This document shows positions 12,742 through 25,329 of a DNA stretch of 64,000 bases, piece after piece. A program made the position numbers and the translations under genes. Position 1 is the first letter of the stretch, and each line of letters begins with the position of its first letter. This stretch comes from Octopus vulgaris. Lineage: Eukaryota. The DNA lies in assembly GCA_951406725.2 (NCBI GenBank), contig OX597817.1, positions 172,670,001 through 172,734,000 of the forward strand. The letters are read 5' to 3'. The notes under the pieces are model-generated. The model was given only the letters and a program-made list of their open reading frames with translations. It was not told where the DNA came from and searched no databases.

Positions 12742-12776
12742 GTTTAACGTTTCGAGTGGAGCTCTTCGTCGGAAAC
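12742..12776 (-). ncRNA. Hammerhead-like motif with a variant core, in a (TA)n-embedded element (~12642-12855)
   Basis: Minus strand reads gttt-CCGACGA-A-gag ctcca ctc-GAA-acgt-T-aaac. Stem I is gttt/aaac and stem III is the palindrome ACGT. The core has U4C and an extra A. Confidence 0.45.
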
Positions 12777-12853
12777 AAAGGAGAAGGAAAGATCCCGAGA
12801 AGGGAAGACAGAGGAAAAAAAATTGCTGGCAGTGCTCACGAGGTCACATGTTG

Positions 12854-12890
<37 letters not shown>

Positions 12891-12898
<8 letters not shown>

Positions 12899-13118
12899 TT
12901 ATAATTTAGGGTATCTAAGAGAGAAGACAAAAAAACAAAATAAACTAGCAAAAAAATTACTAGATACTCAATCCAATAATTTTTTTGCTAGTTTATTTTG
13001 TCTCTTTGTCTTCTCTCCTGCTGCTGTATGAACTTTTAATGTGGTTTTAGAGTCAAGTTTTGGCTGCTATTTCAAGTGTGGTGGTATCTCTTAGATACCC
13101 TAAATTATACTTTTAATA
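12891..13118. repeat. Nested inverted repeat (fold-back with an asymmetric gap)
   Basis: 12891-12922 pairs with 13087-13118, and 12919-12959 pairs with 12977-13017. Confidence 0.8.
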
Positions 13119-13228
13119 ATAATTATTACCTTTGAAGGTTTTTTATTCCCATGCTGGCCACTTGATAAGATCAATATTAAAATAACGATCTTATCCTTAT
13201 TTATATAAATTCATAAATATATTATATG

Positions 13229-13617
13229 TAGGCGCAGGAGTGGCTGTGTGGTAAGTAGCTTGCTAACCAACCACATGGTTCCGTGGCATCTTGGGCAAGT
13301 GTCTTCTGCTATAGCCCCGGGCCGACCAATGCCTTGTGAGTGGATTTGGTTGACGGAAACTGAAAAGAAGCCTGTCATATATATGTATATATATATATGT
13401 GTGTGTGTATGTTTGTGCGTCTGTGCTTGTCCCCCTAGCATTGCCTGACAACCGATGCTGGTATGTTTACGTCCCCGTCACTTAGCGGTTCGGCAAAGAG
13501 ACCGATAGAATAAGTACTGGGCTTACAAAGAATAAGTCCCGGGGTCGATTTGCTCGACTAAAGGCAGTGTTCCAGCATGGCCGCAGTCAAATGACTGAAA
13601 CAAGTAAAAGAGTAAAA
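13229..13617 (+). mobile_element. tRNA-head SINE family A (~400 bp, internal TA/TG microsatellite)
   Basis: A-box-like tggctgtgtggt, ttgggcaagtgtctt core, 3' end gactgaaacaagtaaaagagt. The B-box region (ggttcagtccc in other copies) is partly deleted in this copy. Confidence 0.9.
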
Positions 13618-14025
13618 TATGTATATCTTGTTTCAGTTATTAGACTGTGGCCATGTTGAGGCTTTGCTTTGAAGAATTTCTTTTAGTTGAACGTAGCGAT
13701 GCCAGTAATTATTATTTTTCCAAATCCTGGCACTTATTCTATTGTTATCTTTTTTTGAACTGTTAAGTTACAGGGATGTAAACCCACTGACACCGGTTGT
13801 CAAGTAGTGGTGGAAGGGAGAAATACAGACACAAAGACAAATGCACACACATACACACACATGTTGTTGAATGCTCAAAATGAGGAGTAGATAGACAGGC
13901 GACCACTGATGAAGGGTCCTTTCTCTGTGTTTACTTGTCCCGTTTTCCATTTTTTCTCTCGTTGTTTATGTATTTCATGTTGTTTGCACAGTTGGTGATG
14001 TCCTGTACCCATATATATATGTATG

Positions 14026-14086
<61 letters not shown>

Positions 14087-15127
14087 GACAGGCTTCTTTC
14101 AGTTTCCACCTACCAAATCCCATATGGTTGGGAAGCAAGCTTCTTACCACACACCCATGCACACACACGCACACGCACACTCATCATCATCATCATCATC
14201 ATCATCGTCGTTTTATGTCCCATGCTGGCAGTATGTTTACTTTTAGAAACAGGAGAAAGAGTGCCACCATCTTCCTTATCATCCTTTAGCATCTGTTGTC
14301 CATGTTGGTAATGGGTTGGGCAGTTTGAGAGGAGCTGACCAGCCGAAGGGGATGTTCAGGTTCCATGTTTGTTGTGGCATGGTTTCTGTGGCTCGATGCC
14401 CTTCCTAATTCCAACCACTTTACAGAGTGTACTGGATGCTTTTATGCATCCCCCAGTACGGTTGCTTTTTACATGGCACCAGTACTTACGTGCCCACAAG
14501 ATTAGGGATGCTCAGCTGGAGAAGGTTGCAAGGAACGAGGCTGTATGCAGGGGCAACTGCGCTTAAGCATACAAAGCAGTGAGGATTACCATAAAAATGC
14601 TCATTTGTTTTTATTGCTATTTTCCCAAGCTATCATGGGTTAGACAGGTGGATTATCGAGGCAATCTTTTACAGCCAAACAGCCTTCTTGTAGCTCTCTC
14701 CTAACTGTTTCCCAAACGTCACACACCTTCAAAGGTGGAAAGCCAAATTTATTGACAGGAAATGACAAGTGTTATCACTTATAAGTTGCAACATTTGAAG
14801 AGGATGTAAACAAACAAACACATGTGTGCACACATATACAATGATGGGCTTCTTTCAATTTCCGTCTACCAAAGCTATTCACAAGGCTATGGTCTGTCTG
14901 AAGCTGTAGTAGAAGATATGTGCTGTAAGTATCATGCAGTGGGATGAATCCAAAATTGGTATATGGGAAAATGGTTCTTTGGTGCAAGAAAGATTGAGCA
15001 ATATTTTAAGTGACATTGAAATTCAATGTTCTGTTATATATTTTGATTTTCCTTTTCCTGTCTTGGTATGCTATATATTTTTTTCTCTAAACCTGCCCCA
15101 GTGATATTCCTTTTAATATCTATACAT

Positions 15128-15545
15128 ATGCGTTGGAGTGGCTGTGTGGTAAGTAGCTTGCTTACCAACCACATGATTCTGGGTCCAGTCCCACTGCATG
15201 GCATCTTGGGCAAGTGTCTTCTACTATAGCCTCGGGCTGACCAAAGCCTTGTGAGTGGATTTGGTAGACGGAAACTGAAAGAAGCCCATCATATATATAT
15301 ATATATATATATTATATATGTATGTGTGTGTATATGTTTGTGTGTCTGTGTTTGTCCCCCCCCCCCAACATCACTTGACAACTGATGCTGGTGTGTTTAC
15401 ATCCCCATAAGTTAGTGGTTTGGCAAAAGAGACCAATAGAATAATTACTAGGTTTACAAAGAATAAGTCCTGGGGTCGATTTGCCCAACTAAAGATGGTG
15501 CTCCAGCATGGCCACAGTCAAATGACTGAAACAAGTAAAAGAGTA
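15128..15545 (+). mobile_element. SINE family A
   Basis: Full-length match to the other copies. Confidence 0.9.
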
Positions 15546-15763
15546 TATGAACTATGTTTCTGATACTTAGTATCTTTCTTGTGAAATATGATATATGTAA
15601 TACGAATTTCAGATTTTTCTAATTTTGCTATATCTGAATTGTAATGTAAAAATCATTTTTTTAATTTTTTTATTTTTGCAACACACCAAAACCATCACTG
15701 TGTTGTAATGAATGTAAACAAATACCTTTCTCTTCTCCAATGACAGAAAGAAATAGTTCAACC

Positions 15764-15912
15764 TGACTGGTTTCAAATCTCATTTGATTTTCATCAGGGA
15801 ATACCATGTGATCTATCCACAGAGCTTGTAGCTACATTTGACTGGTTTCAGCACTCATTTGATTTTCATCTGGGAATACCATGTGATATACCTACAAAAC
15901 TTGTAACTACAC
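15764..15912. repeat. Diverged 75-bp tandem duplication
   Basis: tgactggtttca..ctcatttgattttcatc..gggaataccatgtgat occurs twice, with a partial third copy near 16110. Confidence 0.75.
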
Positions 15913-16329
15913 TAAGACATTAAATATAGTAATTTTGCTCAATCAGTTCTTGCATAAATTTTGCTTTATCAGGGAGCCATTTAAATTAATGTATGCAGTA
16001 AACAGTATTCATTCTATTGTGTAGATACAAGGTAAACATTTTGGCAATGGATATCTCATTGTGTTATAACAAATATAAACAAATGTCTTTTTTGCTTCTT
16101 TCATGGTTCTACCTGACCAGTTTCAAATCTTATTTGATTCTCTTTAGGCATAGTCTGCTCACAAAGAGAAATATAGCTAATAGCTTTATACAAAGTTTCC
16201 TTATTGTGTTTGCTGTGATCATTCTCTTTCATAGAAATATACTATCTTGATATCTATTTTGAATCTTGTGAGAAGGCTAACTATGCACATATCAAGACAC
16301 TGCTACTTTTGATTGCATGTCAAGTGCTG

Positions 16330-16890
16330 AAAGACAAACATCACCGCAACATAATGCATGTCTAGGTTTTCTGTGAAAAATCTATTGCCAGAGTCCACAA
16401 CCAATTTCAATTATGTTGAAAGATGCTGGATTGTTCAATGACAATCCTCATGTATAAGTTCACTAAATTTGCCCTCATCTACTGTGGTTTTGCTTGCAAC
16501 TGGTTGCTCTCAATGCTTATCGTCTTGAATTGAAGCTCAGCTGGCTTTCAAATGCGTGGGCCACTGAAAAACCTGTGTCAAACCTTAAGAATATTCACAA
16601 AAACTCTGATGAGAAGCTTCAAGGGTCTCAGTAACAGGTTTGCCAAATTTCACACAAAATTTGATGTGAGATGTTGCTTGAATTCATTAGCGTTAATGAA
16701 AACCACAAAGCTATTCAAACACAATGTTACAAAACTTTGTGTAATAACTGAATATGAATGAACAGCATGAAGCCTATTTGCAGATTGACTCAGTAGGTTT
16801 GCATTCAATGATAATCAGATGAGCATACATTTTCCATTGAATTGTATGTACACTCACAGCATATGCTGTCCAGAAACTTTCTGATAACAT
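16330..16890 (-). mobile_element. mariner transposase N-terminal relic
   Basis: Minus strand gives HIKFCVKFGKPVTETLE..TQVFQW..IQDD..SKT..ELIHED with stops, and a TIR-like atcagaaagtttctgg near 16870-16887. Confidence 0.7.
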
Positions 16891-17892
16891 TCTAAATGTT
16901 ATGAGTTTGCTCAGTTGATTAGTCTGCTTGGGATAAATCAATATTCTATGTATATTATTATAATAAAGATAGGTAAAATGTTATAACAGGTGTGGCTGTG
17001 TGGTAAGAAGCTTGCTTCCCAACCACATGGTTTCAGGTTCAGTCTCACTGCGTGGTGTCTTGGGCACTGATGATGGTGCCACATAAAATGTACCCAGTAC
17101 ACTCTGTAAAGTTGTTGGTGTAAGGAAGGGTGTCCAGCTGTAGAAATGAAGTCAAAACAGTTAATGGAACCCGGTGCAGTCCCTGGCCTTGCTGCTAATT
17201 GTCAAACCATCCAACCTATGCCAGAAATGGAAAACATGTTAAATGTTGATGATTATGACGAAGAGAAAAGAGTTTCACCCAGAACCTTCTTATATCCTCT
17301 GAGGCTAATGAGACTGGGGCAATTGATGTCCATGTTCACTATCTTTAAGTTGTCCACTAACATGAAAAAAAGGCACGGGCAGGAAGTGAATTCTACAATG
17401 TTAACAAGTTAATGATCAGGGTTTTATTTTTATTTTTGTGCGGTGCCTGTGTGTTAGATACTGTGTAAAATGAATGGCTGAGAATACACAATTCCACCCA
17501 GAGAATTGTTTGGTAGCTAAGGTGAAAAAACAAAAACAAAAACAAAAAAACAACAACCAAAAACAAAACAAAAAACAACCAAAAACAAAAACATCTCATA
17601 CATAGAAAGTACAATTAATTTCCATCAAACTTGTAACATAAAAACAACCAATAAGACCCCTGTCATCCACAGATTTAGTGTCAGACATGTACAATAGCCT
17701 AGTATTTTCCTGTTTCTCTGTCTCTCTTTCTCTCTACCACTTTCATTGATTTTTTTTATTTGATTCTGTTTATCTTTTTACTTGGTTTATTCAAAGTTAG
17801 TTTATTAGTACATGTTACCAACTAATTGACTCTTTGCTGGCTTATGTAACGAGTTCTTGGTTTTGCTTTATTACATCACATTTATTAATATA

Positions 17893-18290
17893 CGTGCATG
17901 GCTGTGTAGTTTAAATGTTTGCTTCACGACCATATGATTCCAGGTTCAGTCCTACTCATGGCACATTGGGCAAGTGTCTTCTATTATAGTCTTGGACCAA
18001 TCAAAGACTTGTGAGTGGATTTGGTCAATGAAAACTGAAAGAAGCCTGTTGTATGTGTGTGTGTGTGTCTCCTTGTCTTGATATTGTGTGATAGTTGTAA
18101 ATGACAAAGAGTGTCATTCATTTCCAATATTCTATGAGAACGTGTTTGGCTATGGAGGAGTATTACCTTGCTTTGGAATAAGGAATAAGTGAGGGTTGGT
18201 GACGAGATGGGGATTCAGCCATAATATGCCTCAAATAAACTCGGTCCAGTCTATGCAAGCATGAAATAGTGGATGTTAAATAATGATGAT
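17893..18290 (+). mobile_element. SINE family F (family-A head with an alternative body and a (GAT)n tail)
   Basis: A head followed by ccttgtcttgac..tattaccttgcttggaa..ttaaataatgatgatga. Similar copies at 4755-5100, 18570-18875, 32520-32895, 35095-35440 and 48115-48460. Confidence 0.7.
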
Positions 18291-18604
18291 GAAACTGGTA
18301 AAAGCTGACATGGTAATTGTTTGACAGAATCAGTAGTGCATCAAGCAAAATACCTTGTGGTATTCGGTTACATCCTTTTACATTAAGTTCAGATCCCACC
18401 CAGAATTTTCATTTTTTTGAAGGTTGATAAAATTAATACCAGAAGTCAATGTAATTGATTATACCTTAGAAGTTGGTGCTCTAGCATGGCCACAGTCCAA
18501 TGACTAAGTTTAGTTAAAGAAGAAAAGTATAGTGCCAGTATTTACTATGTAAGTTGATTATCATCAATGTTTGGCTGTTTGGTTAAGAAGCTTGCTTCCA
18601 ACAA

Positions 18605-18653
<49 letters not shown>

Positions 18654-20704
18654 TTGTGTATAACCTTGTCTTGACATCATCTAATGGTTGTGAACAAGCA
18701 TTACCATCATACAAGCCATGTTGTTTGCTTCTATTCATGGAGAAATAGAAATAAAACCTTGCTTGAAAACGAGAGAGTTGGTAACAAGAAGGGCATCTGG
18801 CCATAGAAGATCTGCCTCAGTGAATTTCTTATGACCCATGCAAATCTAGAAAAGTGGAAATTAAAATGATGATGATGCTTTGTTGGCACTTGTTATTTCT
18901 TTGATTTTTTGGCTGTTGAATGTTCAGTTTGATTTTAACCATTGTTTCCTAGAATGAAATGACTACACTTATCAAGTTAAACTACCATTATACCTTTCCA
19001 TACCAACCCACCTGGGACTACCCTTGATTCCATTGTACAAATTTCATGTTTTAATGTCATCTAAATTAAAACCTCCCATCAAAATGTTTATGCTAATATG
19101 TCATTGTCGTTGCTGCTGGATTGGCTCCTGTGCTGATGGCACATAAAAAGCCCCATTTGAGCATGGCCGTTGCCAGTACCACCTGACTGGCCCTCGTGCC
19201 GGTAGCACGTAAAAGCACCCACTACACACTCGGAGTGGTTGGCATTAGGAAGGGCATCCAGCAGTAGAAACATTGCCAGATCAGACTGGAGCCTGGTGCA
19301 GCCATTTGGTTTGCCAGACCTCAGTCAAATCGTCCAACCCATGCTAGCATGGAAAGCGGATGTTAAACGATGATGATGATGATGATGATGTTCAAAACTT
19401 CAGCTTAACAAGAGCAAAGTTGTTTTGATAAATTATTTTCAAAATTAACTGCAATAAACAGAGTGTTTCAACAAAACTATCATAACAAAAGGGTTAAAGA
19501 CACTATTATACTATTAGTCAGACAAGTACATCCTGTTTCTTTTCTTTCTTTCTTTTTTTTTTTTGTGAAGCTTATTTGAGAGTCAGTTATCTCTTTTCCT
19601 TCATGAGCTATCATCATCTCTTTTTGTAAGAACTAACTGTTCTTGCTTTAACAAAATGGAATGATGAACTTCATATTACGTAGGCTGTGCAACCAATCGG
19701 TATGCCAGAAAATATTGCTGAATTTAGAAGCTAGGTCATCAGTAAAACCAAAACATTGTTTCTCCAATTTGTGAACAATTTGGTGGAATGTTGCAATAAT
19801 TCACTGGAAATAGAAAACGAGTTCTATTGTCTAGATGACCTAAAAAAGCACTGAAGTATAATTTAGGAGTCCAACTTTTGTTATCCATAAGAATTGTTAT
19901 TCCTCTCCTAACATCGGTACATCTTGGTCTGCAATACAGCATCTTTCCAATTTATTCTTATTCTTTACAAATGCCTTTGTCCAATCAATTTAATTGTAAA
20001 ACAATCTTCAAAGACAAAGTACTTTTCATTGGCTTCCTTTCACTTCAATGGCCATTAACATCTTCAACTACCATTAGCAACATTTGGTCATACAAATATA
20101 ATCCATTCTCATCATACCAGAATTGAAATTTGGACCTTTGGTTTCTACATCACTTGGATAGTGAATGGTGCAAGAGAATGTACACGCTCCTGACTTCATT
20201 GAAGCTGAATGAGAGCCAACCTGGTAGAAATAGTGATCCCCACTTCCTCTTCTCTGTTGTCAAACCTGTATATTTTCGTGAGGAATTAATAACCTTTAAA
20301 TAATTCCATTCTTAGTTCGTGCTGCCATTCAATTACTGCATTCCATGTCATTGCAAGATTCCTTTTACTTGAGCTATTTATCAATAACATTCATCACTCA
20401 AGCATCATCCATTTTAATCATATGTCATAATGCCTCTGTCATTCTATGCTTGGGATACTTGCTATCTTTCTTGTTCTATCCTCACTAATTCTATCTTTCA
20501 TATTTATCAACTAACTTTCAACAAATCATGCTAAATTGATTTCTCTGTTGTTGCTAGAAGATAGTTTAAACTTAACTGTTATACAACATTACTCTTCAGA
20601 TATAGCTCATCATATAGCCAACTTATATAAATTGATCAGCCGAAGTCAGCACAAGAAAGGAGGACGTAAAAGCAACACGAATGATGATGATATGTTGAGA
20701 GCAT

Positions 20705-21102
20705 AGGCGCAGGAGGGGTTATGTGGTAAGTAGCTTGCTTACCAACCACATGGTTCCTGGTTCAGTCCCACTGCATGGCACCTTGGGCAAGTATCTTCTA
20801 CTATAGCCTCAGGCCAACCAAAGCCTTGTGAGTGGATTTGGTAGACGGAAACTAAAAAGAAGCCCGTCGTATATATGTATGCGTATATATATGTGTATGT
20901 GTGTTTGTGTCTGTGTGTTCCCCCAACATCACTTGACAACCGATGCTGGTGTGTTTACGTCCCTGTCACTTAGCGGTTCAGCAAAAGAGACTGATAGAAT
21001 AAGTACTAGATTTACAAAGAATAAGTCCTGGGGTCGATTTGCTCGACTAAAGGCAGTGCTCCAGCATGGCCGCAGTCAAATGACTGAAACAAGTAAAAGA
21101 GT
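20705..21102 (+). mobile_element. SINE family A
   Basis: Full-length match. Confidence 0.9.
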
Positions 21103-22493
21103 ATTCTCATTAAAGTTTGTATACCTATTGCATATCATGGAAGCCTCCTCATTCTCACCAAGTCAATGAAGGAAACTCTGTATAGTGCTGTTAATCTTTT
21201 GGAAATAGCAGTCATGTATCCTTACTTGAAAGAAGGCTGGATTCGTCACAGATTGAAAGGTTTTGATCATGGTCCTACTCAATCAGAGCTTATCCCTGGC
21301 TAAATAACAATCACAGTATCTATTTGTCTTGCTACAGCCTCTACAATATTCTGTTGTCGTCAGTGTTGCAAATGGACCCTTTAATAAAAATTTCTCACCT
21401 GATATATTAATCTAGACATTATTTCTGGCACCACCATATGCAATTGTAATATCTTAAATGAGGCACTCACCCAAAGCAAGTTTTCTAATTAGTCTTATAA
21501 TCACTGCATGTTGGTTAAATTAATTATGTTCTATTTTGATTAGGTCAACAAACTATCAATATATTCAGCTATTTTTAGGCAATTAATTTCCATGAAATTA
21601 TCTTACCAGCAATATGGCATCTATGGTTCACTCTTTGCCTTGCTTAAAATTCAAACTATGCTGTGAATATCTTCAAAGGCCAATGATTACATCCATTTCT
21701 AGAGGGAAACTTTGTTAAATCAATTCTCGCTTTCTTCGCCCCCCACCTCTCTCACATGTACACACACATATATAAATTTTACTGTATTATAATGTTGGAG
21801 TTGTATAGGTCTAACAACTGAAGGATTCTAATTTTGGCCAAATTAAGTCTTTAACTTTGGTCTAGTCAAAACTATGAACAATCTCAGAAAATTTATATGC
21901 CAGTCAGTATTTGTAACACAGTAGACGACATTATAATTAATGTTTGAGAGCAATTATTTAATCCACTATAGAACATACAAATTAATTCTATATAAGAACA
22001 TATATTTAGCTTTGCTGTATGATAATTAAGGAATCATAATCTCTGGGGATAATATACAAATCTGACTATTGAAGGCTCATAATTTTTTTTCTTTTTTACG
22101 TACTTAAATGTCATTTGGTTTCCATACAGTTTCTGCATCAGTGGGTATCTTACTCTGGATGTTGACTGGTGTAGACACAGTGTGATACAACATACTTTTG
22201 ACTCCACTGAAGCTGAATGAGACCTAACTAGGTTGAAATAGAGATCGCTCATTTGTCAGATCTGTATGTTCTTTCAAGGGGCTATAATGCCAATATTATT
22301 TTAGCACAAAGCTAAATATATTCCTGTTAGCATTTTTTACCCTGTTACTTGAGAATCTTGCCATATTCTCAATATTGTTCTTCTACTTTTGACTTCTGAT
22401 CTCACTAATATGATTGGCCCCTAAGTTAAATTAAAGTTATTCTCCCTTTATAGTTGTTTGTGCAGTTTTATATTTCAGCACTTACACACTTAT

Positions 22494-22534
<41 letters not shown>

Positions 22535-22686
22535 AGAGACATTACAGATGATTGATATTCATTAATAGTCTACATTGCTTTCACAAAAACTTACCTCATT
22601 AGGAAATGCTTCAAACTTACCTTTTCTTCTTATATCCATATATATATATATATATAGGAAAAAAGCAACAAGAATGGATTAAAATA

Positions 22687-22770
22687 TCGGTACAATTGTT
22701 TCGTACGAGGACACCTTTAATAAGCTACAAAAAATGCAGTAAATATAGATGGCTCGTACTCGTCAGCCGA
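22687..22770 (-). ncRNA. Type I hammerhead ribozyme motif with intact core, in the left arm of a fold-back
   Basis: Minus strand reads tcgg-CTGACGA-gtacgag..(43 nt)..ctcgtac-GAA-acaattgt-A-ccga. Stems I and II are perfect and stem III is palindromic. Confidence 0.8.
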
Positions 22771-22855
22771 AAAAACATCAGAGATTCCCAAACATCAAAA
22801 GGGGTAGATACAAATGAGGGTGTGAGTTTGATGTTTGGGAATCTCTGATGTTTTT

Positions 22856-22939
22856 TCGGCTGACGAGTACGAGCCATCTATATTTACTGCATTTTTTGTA
22901 GCTTATTAAAGATGTCCTCGTACAAAACAATTGTACCGA
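22856..22939 (+). ncRNA. Hammerhead copy with a core mutation (GAAA to AAAA), probably inactive
   Basis: Same motif in the right arm: CTGACGA gtacgag..ctcgtac AAAA caattgta ccga. The G-to-A change is at 22924. Confidence 0.7.
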
Positions 22940-24815
22940 GATTTTAATCCATTCTTGTTGCTTTTTTCCTATTTGTAATCACCCCACTTGTCGTATGGTT
23001 AACACCATATAGATTTCCGGTGCATCCTAGTTAAGGACCATATTCATGTGAATTCATTAGAACTCACTTGAATCTCAATTACTTAAACCACATATATATA
23101 TATATATATATATATACACACTCACACATGTACTTGGTTTTTATTCTCTGGTATATATATATATATCTCCCACATTTTGTCCCTTTATTTAAACATAGAA
23201 CTTATTCATTTTTGGCATGCTACACCTTGTCTGGGGGGACTTCAACTTCATGTGCATGTCTGAAAATTCATTTTTTCTTTTTCTTTTCTCTTTGAAAATG
23301 TTACAAATAAGCACAAATGATGTTACATGCAAAAAAAAAGTTGGTTTTTTGTTTGTTTTTCTTTTCCTTGTTTCACTTATTGGGCTGCAGTCTTGCTGGG
23401 GCACCGTTTTGAAGGGTTTACTTAAACAAATTGACCTTAGTACATATTATTATTATTATTTAGTTTTTTTTTTTTTTTTAGGTTTGGTACATATTCTATC
23501 CATGTTTTTTGATGAATTGCTAAGTTAAGGGAATGTAAACAAACACTAGATATCAAATGGTGGTAGAGATCACACACGCACACACACACACTCTCTCTCT
23601 CTCGCTCTCTTTCTCACACACACATATGATGGGCTTCTTTCAGTTTCCATCTATCAAATCTACTCACAAGGCTTTGGTTGGCCTAAGACTATAGTAGAAG
23701 ATACTTGTCCAGGGTGTCATGCAGTAGGATTGATCACCATGACAACATGGTTGGGAAGCAAGCTTCTTAACCAGATAGTCACACCTGTACCTTTTTTAAA
23801 TTAATTTCACATATATAGCGGTAAAACTATTCAGACATTAAAACACTAAATGGCAACTCCCTCTATTCTCATCAGAATATGCATCCATTGATTTCAGTAT
23901 CTGAAGACATCTTATTTTAGTGTATTATAAGATATATTTATTTGTCTTTCATCAACAAGTCCACTTCGGTGCATATAACAATACTAACTATACAAGTCTT
24001 TTTGGTTATTCACCTATAGTAATTGCTTAACTCTTCGCTTTAAATAAACAATTTAAAAGTTTGTAAATGCTTTTGTAGATTGAAGATTCTGTACATTTTC
24101 GACACTCCCCTAAATTGTTTTACACTTGATTTACCTAAATGTTTAACACCATACAGTAAAACAAGGATGTTATCTCTGTTATTAAACCAAGCAAAAAAAG
24201 GTAAATTGACAACGCATGTTTCAGCCGAAGTTTAATCTATTTCTTCGAATCTTTATTCTACAGTTGCAGAGTAATTTAGACATTAAATTTGCTTTTAAAT
24301 ACTTCAGTTTTTTTTTATTGCTTTGCTTAACATTCTTCAGTTGAAATTACTTCCACAGATCCTGACAGCTATACTTTTGGATTTAGTTGCCTGACAAGAG
24401 AAAGAAAAAGAAGTGTACATGGAAAACACAGACAAAAATATAGAGTACAAAAAAAAAAAACTAAAAAAAAAAGAAACCTCTCCATCTTTAAATTGAAACT
24501 ACATTTTTATAATACAAACGAATTCTAAAATTTTATTATTTTTTAAAAAAATTAATGTCTTTTCAATCCTCTGCCTGATTGGAATGCAATTTGGTTTCTA
24601 GATATCGGTCAACAAAAGTTGCATAATATGCAGCTGCAGCACATGTGTTATTAAAAGAAGGTATCAAGAAATTTAGAATTATAAGCAGTATTCGTTTTCT
24701 TATTTGTTACTTGTTTCACTCATTGGATTGCGACCATGCTGGGGCACTGCCTTGAAGTGTTTAGGTGAACAAATTGAATCCTCCACCTATTTTAAGTCTG
24801 ATATGTGTTCTGTTG

Positions 24816-25329
24816 TGGAGGCGCAAATGGCCCAGTGGTTAGGGCAGCAGACTCACAGTTGTAGGATTGTGGTTTCGATTCCCAGACCGGGCATTGTGAG
24901 TGTTTATTGAGCGAAAACACCTAAAGCTCCACGAGGCTCCGGCAGGGGGTGGTGGTGATCCCTGCTGTACTCTTTCACCACAACTTTCTCTCACTCTTTC
25001 TTCCTGTTTCTGTTGTACCTGTATTTCAAAGGGCCAGCCTGGTCACACTCTGTGTCACACTGAATCTCCCCGAGAACTACATTAAGGTTGCATGTGTTAG
25101 TGGAGTGCTCAGCCATTTACACGTTAATAAATGAGCTGCGACGTCACTGGTGCCAAACTGTATTGGCCCCTTTGCTTTTCCCTTGGATAACATCGGTGGC
25201 GTGGAGAGTGGAGGCTGGTATGTATGGGCGACTGCTGGTCTTCCATAAACAACCTTGCCCAGACTTGTGCCTTGGAGGGTAACTTTCTAGGTGCAATCCC
25301 ATGGTCATTCATGACCGAAGGGGTCACAA
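24816..25329 (+). mobile_element. Chimeric SINE (family B 5' part + family C 3' part) with a TSD, nested in a minus-strand A copy
   Basis: TSD atgt(g/a)ttctgttg at 24803-24815 and 25330-25342; the switch is near 25127. Confidence 0.8.

Larger units (their letters stand above)
22654..22972. repeat. Long inverted repeat (arms ~146 bp, 27-nt spacer), Penelope pLTR-like remnant
   Basis: 22654-22799 is the reverse complement of 22827-22972 with 3 mismatches that I could see. (TA)n abuts the left end and recurs ~120 bp past the right end. Confidence 0.9.

Noticed and set aside
12836-12852. ChoRE-like tandem E-boxes (cacgag gt cacatg), relevant to Mondo-regulated arrestins
   Set aside because: Spacing is 2 nt rather than the canonical 5, and the site lies inside a repeat element.
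19600-20150. Possible LINE endonuclease relic on the minus strand
   Set aside because: Only vague similarity, with no motif I could assign confidently.
22540-22605. Decayed hammerhead on the minus strand (ctaatga..gaaa..gta)
   Set aside because: The core G is mutated and stem II does not pair.
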